A DNA stretch of 64,000 nucleotides, taken from contig JBHGNT010000002.1 in assembly GCA_043228905.1 (NCBI GenBank), positions 20,088,001 to 20,152,000 on the forward strand, in the 5' to 3' direction. This document shows positions 34,426-45,700 of this stretch, piece after piece. The notes under the pieces were generated by a model. The model was not told where the DNA came from. It did not search any database and saw nothing but the letters and a program-made list of their open reading frames with translations. Position 1 is the first letter of the stretch, and each line of letters opens with the position of its first letter. A program made the translations under genes and the position numbers. The DNA is from Azolla caroliniana. Taxonomy: Eukaryota > Plantae > Polypodiophyta.

Positions 34426-34443
34426 TGGTGAACCAGACGTGAA
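34426..34443 (+). promoter_or_regulatory. PBS complementary to the 3' end of tRNA-Trp
   Basis: TGGTGAACCAGACGTGAA versus TGGTGAACCCGACGTGAA, the reverse complement of the plant tRNA-Trp 3' end as I recall it (17/18); repeated at 38441-38458. Confidence 0.78.
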
Positions 34444-34458
34444 GGGCGGCAAGGGAGC

Positions 34459-35157
34459 ATGGAGATGGAAGAAGACTTCGACTTCGAGGAGATGATGGCA
34501 AAGATCGTGATGGAAGTCGGACGGAAGATGGCGAAGCGAGATGCGGCTCAACAAGCCGTCGAAAGGGTGGTCGATCGAGTCGGCCGGTTCAATGGGAATG
34601 AGGTCTTAAAAATTTTGGGAGCCCACAAGGCCGAGATGGCGAAAGGGGGCGTGGACGAGGCGATGCGGCTAGAGTATTTTCCTCGAGTGGCGGTCATATC
34701 GGTGCACAAGGAGGTCAAGGAGCTACGGGAAGCTCATGAGTCGTGGGTGTCCTTTGAGGGAGCCCTATTGGAGGCGTACGGGTACATAGAACCAGAAGGA
34801 AGAGGTCGACATGAGTTCGATCGGTGGGTCGCGTCGGCGAGGCATCATCGGAGCGCGATGGAGGCATTCCGAGAGTTCGAGCCTCGTTTCTCTCAACTCT
34901 CGGAGCGAGATCGGAGATCGGTGGGGGTGGACAAAGTCCTTTTTTTTTTTAAGATGATCCATCAAGAGGAGAGGACGGGCATCTTATTCGAGCTTCAAGA
35001 TGATTATGGAGCACATGGTCTCACCGAGGAGTGGTCCGAGGTGGAATGGGTGTGCCGACAACATGATGCGAGGCGGTCGGCCACAACACGGCCCGCGAGC
35101 GGCGGAAAAGAGAGAGCGGTGAGTGAGTACGCACTACCGCCGGAAGAGAAGCGCTAA
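34459..35157 (+). CDS. Gag-like ORF of element F (232 aa); second, truncated copy at 38474-39046
   Basis: Starts directly after the PBS; GRFNG...SWVSFEGALLEAY retrotransposon-gag-like pattern; resembles the gag start of element D. Confidence 0.65.
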   Translation: MEMEEDFDFEEMMAKIVMEVGRKMAKRDAAQQAVERVVDRVGRFNGNEVLKILGAHKAEMAKGGVDEAMRLEYFPRVAVISVHKEVKELREAHESWVSFEGALLEAYGYIEPEGRGRHEFDRWVASARHHRSAMEAFREFEPRFSQLSERDRRSVGVDKVLFFFKMIHQEERTGILFELQDDYGAHGLTEEWSEVEWVCRQHDARRSATTRPASGGKERAVSEYALPPEEKR

Positions 35158-38100
35158 TACGGGAGGCATGCGAGCTTGTGAAGGAGAAAGTCGAAGCCGA
35201 AAAAGGGCTTATTATGGAGTCTGGTCGGAGGCAATCGGAGGATGTGGAGGAAGAAGCCTCCCTAAGCGTAGAAGACAGGGCCTATACGGAGGCCGGAAGA
35301 GCGTACGACGGCGACATGGGAGAGGGTGCGGAGCAAGCGACCCTCTTGCCTTGCGGTGAAGGGACGGCCATGGAGGTTGGTAACTACGGATTCGGGACAT
35401 GGCGGCCCGAAACATCGAGTGGGGAGGAGAGAAGCGGCGGCGCCGCGACCTTACGCACACCGGTCCTAGAGGCTCCAGCATCCAGCCCGAGAGCCGGTGT
35501 GAGACCTAGAGCGACGGGCGGTGGCAGCGGCAAGGCGGGCAACCAAGATGAGGACGAGGACGAGGAGGTAGCAAGCATAATCCAGGCTTGCGTAACCGGG
35601 GATAAGATAGCCACAGACCACGGCGTCCGAACGAAGGTGGCTACAAACATGACATCGGCGAGTAACGGTACCGGGACTTTTCCCACACCTATTCTAGAGA
35701 CTTCGGTGGCCGGCCCCAAGAGCCCACGTGAGACTGGAGAGACGGAAGATGGCGGCGGCAAAGCGGATGATCGAAACGACGGCGAGGAAGGTCATAACGG
35801 ACGGAGGAGAGACCCCTCGACACCGGGGCCGGAGACTACGGCGGTTGCGCTCGAATGCCAACATAAGACCGGAGAGAAGGGTGGTGGCCGGGAGGAGGCG
35901 TGGCCCGGAGCGAACACGCACGAAGATGAGGATGTGAGGCCCGGAACGGGCATATACAAGAGGACCAACGGAGAGGTCGAGAGCGGCAAAGAGAAGAGAG
36001 TCGGGAACCGACATGACCGGAAGACGAGGAGGAAGAAGATTGGAGCGGGGTTCAGTCAACCGGGCCCGAACCGAAGAAGAGCCGGCAAGGCCGGATTTGT
36101 GCGGACAAACATGTACCGGCCGGTTACGATTACGGAAGGGAGCCGACCAAACCGGAACTCGATCGGCTGAGACCGATCCGGGCGAAGGTTAAGTCGGCAT
36201 GATTGGAGGTCGAGGCGAACGGGCCACAACACCCGGTGGGAGCCGGTGAGCGTGAGAAGGAGGCTAACCGGGCACGGTGATTACGGCTTGGCGGAAGACC
36301 GAGAGCAAGAGGAACCCTCCACACCTATTCTTGAGACTTCGGCGGTTCCGGTTCAACATAAGACCGAAGAGACGGCGGGTGGCGGCAAGGAGTCGGAGAC
36401 CGGAACGGACGAGGCTACCGGAACAGGTACCCAGTGTGTGAAGACGGACGAGCACGGCCCAGACGGCAAGCCGGAGTCGAAAGGGGCTACGTCAACAAAG
36501 GACGAAGAGACCGATGCGGAGGTCGGGTTTACGGCGGATGAGGCGTGTAATACGAAGTATGCACTACGGTGTACAACGGAGCATGCACTACGGCCAGCGA
36601 AGGGCCAAGAAGTAAGCATGCACCCGGAAGAGCGGCAATGAGTGACCGGCAACAGCGGACCAGTCGAGTCTTTGAGAGGCAAGCACGCGGCAAGAGACGG
36701 AGCGGTGAGTTGCCGGGATTGGCGGACGAACGACGAGGGCGGAGGATGGTGCGTTGAGAGCAAAGAACTACGCACCGAGGAGAGAAAAAGCGGAATCCCA
36801 GAGGACGTGCGGGGCCAAGCGGGCCAAGAGGATGCGAGTCGGGAAGAAGCGGTAATGAGAGCCGCGAAGAACCCCGACACAAAGGTCGGGATGACGATAC
36901 GCTCTACTACAAGAGAGCACGGAGAGCAAGGGAGAATCGGGGTGCGCGTAATGGGGTCACCTAAGGACCACAGAATGAGCGTGCATTCGGAGGAGCCGCA
37001 ACGAGTGACTGACGATGACAGTCGGAGGAAGCCTGCGAGAGGCAAGCGCGGGACGACGGGCGGTGCGACGAGACGCCAAGATCGACGGAACGAGACGGGC
37101 GTGATCGGCATGAACGAAGGACTGTGTCTGGGAAAACAGAGGGGATGCGCGGAGAACAATGGGGTACACACCGGGAAGAGAAAACACGGCGGCTTCCCGG
37201 AGGGCGAGCAAGGCCAAGCGGGCCAGGAGGGCGCAAGTCGAGGTGAGGCGATAACAAGAGCCTCGAGGGACACTGACACGGAGGTCGGGATGACGGTACG
37301 CTCTACGGCGAGAGAGCACGACGGGCAAAGGAGAGGCAAGGAACGTGGAATGGGGTCGCCTAAGGGCCAAAGAATGAGCGCATATTCGGGAGACAACAAG
37401 GGCACACGGAAAGATCCTACGGAAGGTGAGCACGGAACGGAGGGAATCGGCACGAGGTGTTCGAGACGAAGAGAGGATCGAGCCGGAGATAGAACACAAG
37501 CAGTACGCGAGGGGCAGAATCCGGTGAGCAAACGGGGTGACCGAGGGCCTAATCGGAGGACCTACGTGGCGGACAAAGAAAGAGTGACCGGATCGGCAAT
37601 GATGTTTGGGAGGACCGACCGGGGAGGAAGGCACGTGCGGTGGATATGGCGGTTCGGATGGAGTCGATGTTTCGAGGACACACGGTGGACGTGGTGGATC
37701 GGTTAGAGCCGTCGGCTCGAGGACGTGCGATGGATACGATGGAACGGGATGCTACGACGGTTCGTGTGGAAGGGACGGGCGTGCTCGAAATGGAAAACAA
37801 AGCCGAGCAAGGCCAACGAGGACATGGCGGACCTCGGTTTTATCACCATGGCCGAAAAATCTCGCCTCTTCTCCTTTCTTGGCACATACCGGTGGATGTG
37901 CGGTTTGGTGGGGGCGGATGTCTTGAAGGTTTTCGTCCATAGGCGGAAACCGGGGTAGAATAGGCAAATCGGTGGTGTGCACCATGTGCACATGTATACT
38001 AGGAAATAGTGTATAGAAATAAGAGGGGAAATTCTATCCCACATTGTAAGGTCCCTCCCTCCTTGGGCTATAAAAGGAAAGGAGGGGTCACTTATGAAGG

Positions 38101-40568
38101 GGTTGCCTATTTTGAGGGAGAGAGGCATGCCACTTAGGTCGAGGGTTTCCTATTCGGTTTTAGGGTTTCGGTTAGGGTTTTCTTCTTGGGTTTTCCTTTA
38201 GGGTTTTTGATATAGTCGTTGGTGCGGCCATGGCGGCCACCATTGTAAAGCGTTTGTGTTTCCTTAAGCTAACTCGTTGAGCATCTTGCCCGTCTATTCT
38301 ACGTTATTGTCTTATTCTTTCTCACCTCCTCTTGAGCTAAGCTTCCATTTTGTGTCTTATTCTCTCTCCTCCACTTCCTAGTCCAAGACCCCCGTGGTCC
38401 CACGCCTTCTACACGCACGCGCGTAATAACGCGACATCTTTGGTGAACCAGACGTGAAGGGCGGCAAGGGAGCATGGAGATGGAAGAAGACTTCGACTTC
38501 GAGGAGATGATGGCAAAGATCGTGATGGAAGCCGGACGGAAGATGGAGAAGCGAGATGCGGCTCAACAAGTCGTCGAAAGGGTGGTCGATCGTGTCGGCC
38601 GGTTCAATGGGAATGAGGTCCTAAAAATTTTGGGAGCCTACAAGGCCGAGATGGCGAAAGGGGGCGTGGACGAGGCGATGCGGCTAGAGTATTTTCCTCG
38701 AGTGGCAGTCGTATCGGTGCACAAGGAGGTCAAGGAGCTACGGGAAGCTCATGAGTCGTGGGTGTCCTTTGAGGGAGCCCTATTGGAGGCGTACGGGTAC
38801 ATGGAACCGGAAGGAAGAGGTCGACATGAGTTCGATCGGTGGGTCGCGTCGGCGAGGCGTCATCGGAGCGCGATGGAGGCATTCCGAAAGTTCGAGCGTC
38901 GTTTCTCTCAACTCTTGGATCGAGATCAGAGATCGGTGGGGGCGGACAAAGTCCTCTCTTTTTTTAAGACGATCCATCAAGAGGAGAGGATGGACATCTT
39001 ATTCGAGCTTCAAGATGATTATGGAGCACATGGTCTTACTTGTTGAGCATCTTGCCCGTCTATTCTACGTTATTGTCTTATTCTTTCTCACCTCCTCTTG
39101 AGCTAACCTTCCATTTTGTGTCTTATTCTCTCTCCTCCACTCCCTAGTCCAAGACCCCCGTGGTCCCGCCCCTTCTACACGCACGCGCGTAATAACGCGA
39201 CACCGTATTGACAATGCTCGCAGAAGTCAGTCTCAACATGGTTGATCTTTGGGATGTAGCCGATTGCCAAAAGTCTTTCAATCTTCTTATAACATATGGC
39301 TGAGTCGGTTGTGCCATAATGATGTTGTCGGCAATTCGGCTATGTTCAATGATCCCTCCAGACTGATCACTGTGAGCGGGTACAAGTTGTTGTACTTTCA
39401 CGCCATGGCCGATTCTAAGATATCCTTGTGTAATATGCCATGATGACTCGCTCGGTGTCATCTTGTACCTGTCTTCGGCTAACATGTTGATGGAGACCAA
39501 GCTCCTTTTAAGATCAGGTACATGTCGGACACGGTGCAGGGTGATCATACTTCCATTCCGCAGCCAAATGGGGATTTCGCCGATTCCAACGATTTGACAC
39601 TCTTGCCCATTGTTGAGTTGGACGGAGCTGTCGGCTTTGGCCGAATAGTCTAAGAACCATTCGTGTTGGGGGGCAACGTGAAATGTGACTACCGACTCAA
39701 GTATCCATGTTTGATGCATCTTGTGCATTGTACATGATCTCTCCAGTCGATGAGTCTTCAAGTGAGAGGACTTCTCCCGACCGGGATTCAGTAACATTAA
39801 TTTGGTTGTTGGATGGGAGATGATTTGATTCGGAAGAGCCTGCATCCCAATCGAATTTACGACCATTCCCCTTTTTGTTGATCGACCAACAGTTGGCAAC
39901 ATTTGTGGTCGGCCTTCCTACAGTGTGTGCAGTAGGCATTCAGCTTGTCGTTCCATGACTTCGACAGTGGACGATCATTTTTCCTCCTTGGGTGGCTTTC
40001 ATCGTGGCTAATCCTTTAAGCCATTCCCCCCGAGAAGTATGTTTCCGCATTATCGTCGATGGTGAGACCCATAGACTTTCTTCAAAGGTCTTGTGATAAG
40101 ATCTGTCGGATTGCTTCGTCGAGCATTAGCCTAGTCTAACTATTCGTGACGGTCATGCAGAAGACTTCCCAACTCGTCGAGAAGCTCAAAAGGAGCGCAT
40201 GTGCCTTGATTTCTTCTTCGAAATTCAGGCCTTGTGAGAAGAGTTTGGTCAACACCCGGTTGAAGGCATTGACATGGAGGTAGTCGGCTCTGTCTCCCTC
40301 ATCTTCATGTTACATGATTTTGAATCAAGATGAGTTTGGAGGAGCTTGACTTCTTTTCGTATATCAATTGAAGTTTCTCCCATAGGACGAATGTAGGACT
40401 TCGTCTCTTTAGCCATGCTGAAGTAGACGTTTTCGGCTAGATGCATACTTATGGTTAACCTTACAATTTCGTCGAGTGATCGTCATTCTACTATTGACAT
40501 CTTTGTCGGCTTGTTGTTATTTCGAATGTGTGATGTTGGCCGACTGATGCGGAAATGTATATGGATCT

Positions 40569-40957
40569 TGTTGAATAGGGTTAACAAATAAATAACAAGG
40601 GAGGAAGGATATTTTGTACTATTCCTGTCAAGAAGATATTACAGAGAGTAAAGAAAGAAGAAGATAGTTACACAGTTATGAGGCCAGATGATTGTTGCAT
40701 TACAATCCCTTCAAACTCCTTTACAAGACTCAGATCCCTCTTCTTTATAGTTAGGGTAACTAAGCCCTAACTCTCTTTGGGAGTGTTCACACTAGGAGGA
40801 TACAATAGATGGGTCGAGTGGGACTTTTAGCCCAACAGAGAATCTATGATATATTGTTAAGTAATTAGGTAATTAACTAGGGTTAATTAGAGACTAATTA
40901 CATGGTTACGTTAAGCAGCGGAAGATTAGTATGATATGCGCGTGAGAGTGTGTGAGA

Positions 40958-40995
<38 letters not shown>

Positions 40996-41311
40996 GTTAC
41001 ACTTGAACACAAAGATAAATGGGGGATGATTGACTATATTGAAAAGTGTCATCAACATACAAAAATACCCACAATGAGGTATATATACAACCCATGTGCA
41101 AAGGTGCACATGTGTGGGTAGGACATAGGTACTTATGTGTAAGTCCTACATTAAATGTACTAAGGAGTGGAGGATCTAGAATATCCCACTTAAGTACAAG
41201 GTCCTATTTAAAGGCTTAAGGTCAACACATTAACTAGATTCGATCTAGGTAACTACTAAGTTACATGTGTTGACTAACTAGATTAAACTAGTTGAGCTTG
41301 ATATCTCAACA
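40569..41311 (-). mobile_element. Putative solo LTR (left end at 40569 or 40534)
   Basis: TGTTGA...TCAACA ends; TATA-like CTATAAAG on the minus strand; interrupts Copia E gag; no TSD found. Confidence 0.5.
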
Positions 41312-41659
41312 TATATCAAGGTTACTTCTTATCAAACCTTGTAGTTTATCAAATTAGACAAAAAAATTAACAGATTAGGATGGACTATAATTACTTGAAC
41401 TTCAAAATTGATCAAATTTAACTACAAAATTAGTCACATAGGATGGATTGTAATTACCTGAACTAAGGGCATCTATGGGAGTAAAGAAAACCTTGGAGAA
41501 AATATTTGAATCATTTTAATAGAAAATATTACAAATCTATTATACATTCTTAAATAGCATGGATAATAATTGCTCAAACCAAGGGCGATTAGGAAATTAC
41601 TTAGACTAATCTTACAAGAGAATAATACAAAGCCTATAATTACACATAAACCATAGGTT

Positions 41660-42760
41660 CTTTTTTCTTTTTTCTTTTTTTTTTCAAAACTACAACTTAG
41701 TTTCCATTACCAATCCAATAAGTGTATACAAAGCATACAATCTAGTGGAGGTTAAGATAGCAGAGAAAAAAAGGTTATATCCCCCCCTATGTCATAAGGT
41801 GAAACAAACTCCACCTATGGAGGAAACACCCATCGAGGGGGTAGATATTGCCAAACCATTTTGTCGTTTCTCTCCACAAAGACGAACAAATCCTTCCATA
41901 CCTTTAAAAGGACCGTTGTTTAAGAAAAATGGTATCTTCATTACCAATGAAGGAGTCATATTGACCTTTTAAAATTGAAATAACCATCGACCAACTTTCC
42001 CTCACACAATGAACAAGATTCTACTTTATTTGCTTAAACACATTTTTGCATCTAGTTATCCATATATTCCACAAAATCACTGATGATATCGTAGCCCATG
42101 TTGTGGCATCTACATCCAACCAATTTGAGCCTGAATATGGTACGTGCTTAACTTGCATTCCCTTAGTTTGAAGGGTAAATAATATTTTTTTCCCTTTCAT
42201 AATTATGCTTATCCACATTTACATCCATCCAAAAGACATTTCCCCATGTAATCACATTAGGTCCATACGCAACATCAATGAGGCGCAACATACGTTCCAA
42301 AAAGAATATGCAACCATACAATTCCATAATGCATGTTGCATTAACTCTAGATGAAACCCACAAAAAGAGCAAGTTTTGTGTCCCTCATCCATATGCATCC
42401 ATTCTAAGACTGGAAGTGCATAATTGGTCAACACATAACCATCTAAATGCAATGATTTTACGAGGAATCTACAAAGGCCACAATCATTTCCAAAACGTCA
42501 ATATTGCATGCATATGAACACTATTACTTGACCATACCTTAGTTGCAACCGGCATAACTGGATTCCTCCTTCGTTGGAATTCTTTACCTAATTTTACAAA
42601 GTAATCAAAGAAAGAAACCATCTTACCATTAGCATCTCTCCACCATCATTCCGATGGATCCCACTCTAACTCCAATAAGGGTTTACTACCACAAACCCAA
42701 ATATCCCACAAAGGATTTACTTTTTTAAGATGGGGATCTATAATACATACCTTTCATGTT
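41660..42760 (-). mobile_element. 5'-truncated LINE copy (ORF2 zinc-finger C-terminus)
   Basis: CSFCGFHLELMQHALWNC and WATISSVILWNIWITRC motifs; T-rich tract at 41660-41684 is the poly(A) tail on the minus strand. Confidence 0.78.
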
Positions 42761-45700
42761 AAACCATAGGCTATTACTATGCAACTAAATGTATTAGACA
42801 TGAACAATAAAAAAATTGCCCTAGTTTGGTATTGATTTGCGTAGTGAATGCAAAGTGTCAATTTCCTTCTACTTTTTTCTAGGTACAACAGCGAGGAGAC
42901 GAACACGATGACAACCTAGTCCACAAATTTCATCAAACATGTCAAAGGAATGTTGTGCAAGAGGGAGTGCAATCTTCAAATAATCGCACAGTAGCTAATT
43001 TTTTCTCTTTTATTGCCTTCAATGGGTCTTCAACCATTGACCATGTGTTTCTAATTATTAGCTCTTACCCTTTAAGCTAGATGTTGCCATTATTTAAGCT
43101 TTTTTCCACTTTCCTTTTTATACTCAATTCAATCAAAATTACATCCTATAGTAAAACTTGAGTTTTAGATATCACGAGAACAACTTCTTAGAACTAGAAG
43201 CCAACAACAAGATGGAACACGAGCACAATCCTATCTTCAACGTACTAGTTTAAACTTGTGAGGGAACATTAGGTGAATGGTCATAGTTATCACCCTATAT
43301 TTGTGTGCAAATAGGACCACCTATAGTACAATGACCAGATACATGTCAAGCGATAGGATAAGTGCAGAAAATAATGGGTAAAATGAGGAAAAAGGCAAAA
43401 AGTTGAGAAAATGAGATAAGGCAAGACTAAGTAGTCAATGATGAAATTTAATAAACAATGGTAGCTTAAAGGGCAATGAGTAACAACCACTAATAGAATG
43501 GTCAAGGGTTTTATACCCACTAAAGACATTTAAGGAACACCTAAATCTACATGTTAATTGACCTAGGTTTTCATAAAGGAAGGATAGCTTAAAGGGCGAG
43601 GAGTAACAATCATTACTAGAAAAGTTGAGGTTTCAAGTCTAAAGACAATTAAAAGGAAAGTCTAAACCTACATGTTTTGGTTGCTAACTATCCTAACATT
43701 CAACTTTAAATACATATACGATGGTTGAAGGTTAACCAATTATCGTTGTCATCTCATTTTAGTACATGACTACTTAAGGAATATTTAATATTCTTATTTT
43801 ACATCTTATCTTACACTCTATGGACTTCCAATTGTGTGCGCATCCGTTGGACAACCAACAAGATTCATGTGGAGCACAATTCAAATATGGGCAGTATTGC
43901 TTTTGGGGCATGTATTGCTTTGCATAAGTCAATCGTGTGGTGATGAATCACATCAAAGACTTTGCATAATAGTACTATTGGCATGCAATCAACCATGTAG
44001 TGATGAATTGTGTACAACCAATCTTATAATGATAAAATGTGTGGTAGATTTACATGGCTCCCAATTGACATGCCATGCCTTTACATGGAGGACATTGTAT
44101 AGGCCTTAACTTCAGGGCATAAAAATCTATATGGCTCATTAGCCTGTTAAATTTCACATGCGTGCAATGTAGGCTCTAGGTCTCTAATTCTTTTTTAATC
44201 TCTAATTTTTAATCACATGCAAGTTGAATCACATGGTTCTTTTGAGAACGACTATGCATTTCCCTATGTAGTTTTTGGTATTGGGGGGGTTCAATCAACT
44301 CCATTTTAGACACTCTTAGCATTTTTATAAAGCTCTTTCTAACCACAACATGTTTGTCTCTTTTAATTTAAATAGATGCCCAACAGTGAACTACATATTT
44401 AAAAAGAAAGACCAAGGTGAGGGGAATGGGTTCCAAGTGTGTCTAATCTAATCCTAAGTAGTTATGTTGAAAATAAAACTAGAAAACATTCTTTCCTTCT
44501 CTTTCTTTCATTGTTGCTCCTCCATCACTCAATTGTTGCCCCTAAGAAGGGGTACTTATGAAAAGCTCTATTAATGCTTCAAGTTGTTGCATTGCCCATA
44601 GTGGCACCAAAAACAAATGTATGCATCAGAAGTTCTCTAACTAACCTTTATTTAACCGGGATTTTTGCTTCCTTTCGAGGTTGTTTCGAATTCGAACAAC
44701 TCTTTATCCTATTGTTGGATGAGCAAACAGAGAAGGTTTTCAAGCTCCATGGATCTTAGCTACAATAGTTAGCCCGAGTGATCCATGTATGCAAACCTAT
44801 AAATAATTAAGCAGTGAAAAAGCAACTGGCTTAACTACAAGACTCATTAACCAATCCTCAATGGATCAAAGAGAAGCCAAGAATCCATCTCTGAGTCCAG
44901 AGAAAAAAGGAAAAAAAATCCCTTGATGAGTTATAAAATTTATCTTCCACTATTGCAAAATGGTGGGCTCTTCACATCTGCCTGAACAAAAAGTGCTCTT
45001 ACTCTTTAGGAAAGACTATTTCTACACTAATACTTAAGCATTTACTTGATAAAGTTTTTCCAATGCCACAAAAGAGGTGTGGGAAGTGTATTAATAACTT
45101 GCTAACACTTTAACTCTTTTCATGAGAGCATTGTTGTTAATTTCATATATATTGTGTTTGTCTTTGTTGTTTGGGATTCTTGTGGAAGGTGATTCATGGA
45201 AACAAGATTATTCTTGACATTACACGATTTCCCATGAATGGAAGCATTCATTCTCCATCTTTAACTTTGCCTCCCTCGCTCCTTTGCTTCCATAAACGAT
45301 GCTTCTACCCTAGAGTAGAGGCATCCTCTATCTCTAATCACATAGGTGTTTCTACTTAATTCGGATGCATCGGTTGTCTTGTAAATTTCTTCCCTCCACA
45401 ACCCTGAAACTACATTATCAAACTTCAAAAGAGTGTTGGGTTGTTCTAAGATTACTCAACATGTGTCAACAACTACATAGTCATGAGCATGATAGGAAAA
45501 CAATTAACATGTTGGCATCAAACTTACATGTGAGATGTTCCAATTGATTGAACAAAATCTAGACTGCATTCATATGTGTATGCATGTCACTACCATCCTT
45601 ATACTTTTTATTGCAAAGCTTTTGCATCAAGCAATATACCTTATTTGTAGCTTCTCATAGTATACCAAAACTCTACAATATAAAGTGTATGAATGGAGGC

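Larger units (their letters stand above)
33904..39202 (+). mobile_element. Non-autonomous Gypsy-type element F: LTR1 33904-34421, LTR2 37919-38436, partial LTR3 about 39040-39202
   Basis: Near-identical 518-bp LTRs with TGTC...CGACA ends; PBS at 34426-34443 and 38441-38458; PPT at 37902-37918; 4-bp TSD CCGT at 33900-33903 and 39203-39206; gag-like ORF but no pol motifs. Confidence 0.92.
33199..40533 (-). pseudogene. Old Copia element E remnant (gag, protease, integrase), split by Gypsy F; occupies 33199-33903 and 39203-40533
   Basis: WILESVVTFHV protease and HTNICG..YFITFVNDCTHKVW integrase motifs; joining across F restores EHCQYGKQTR. Confidence 0.82.
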
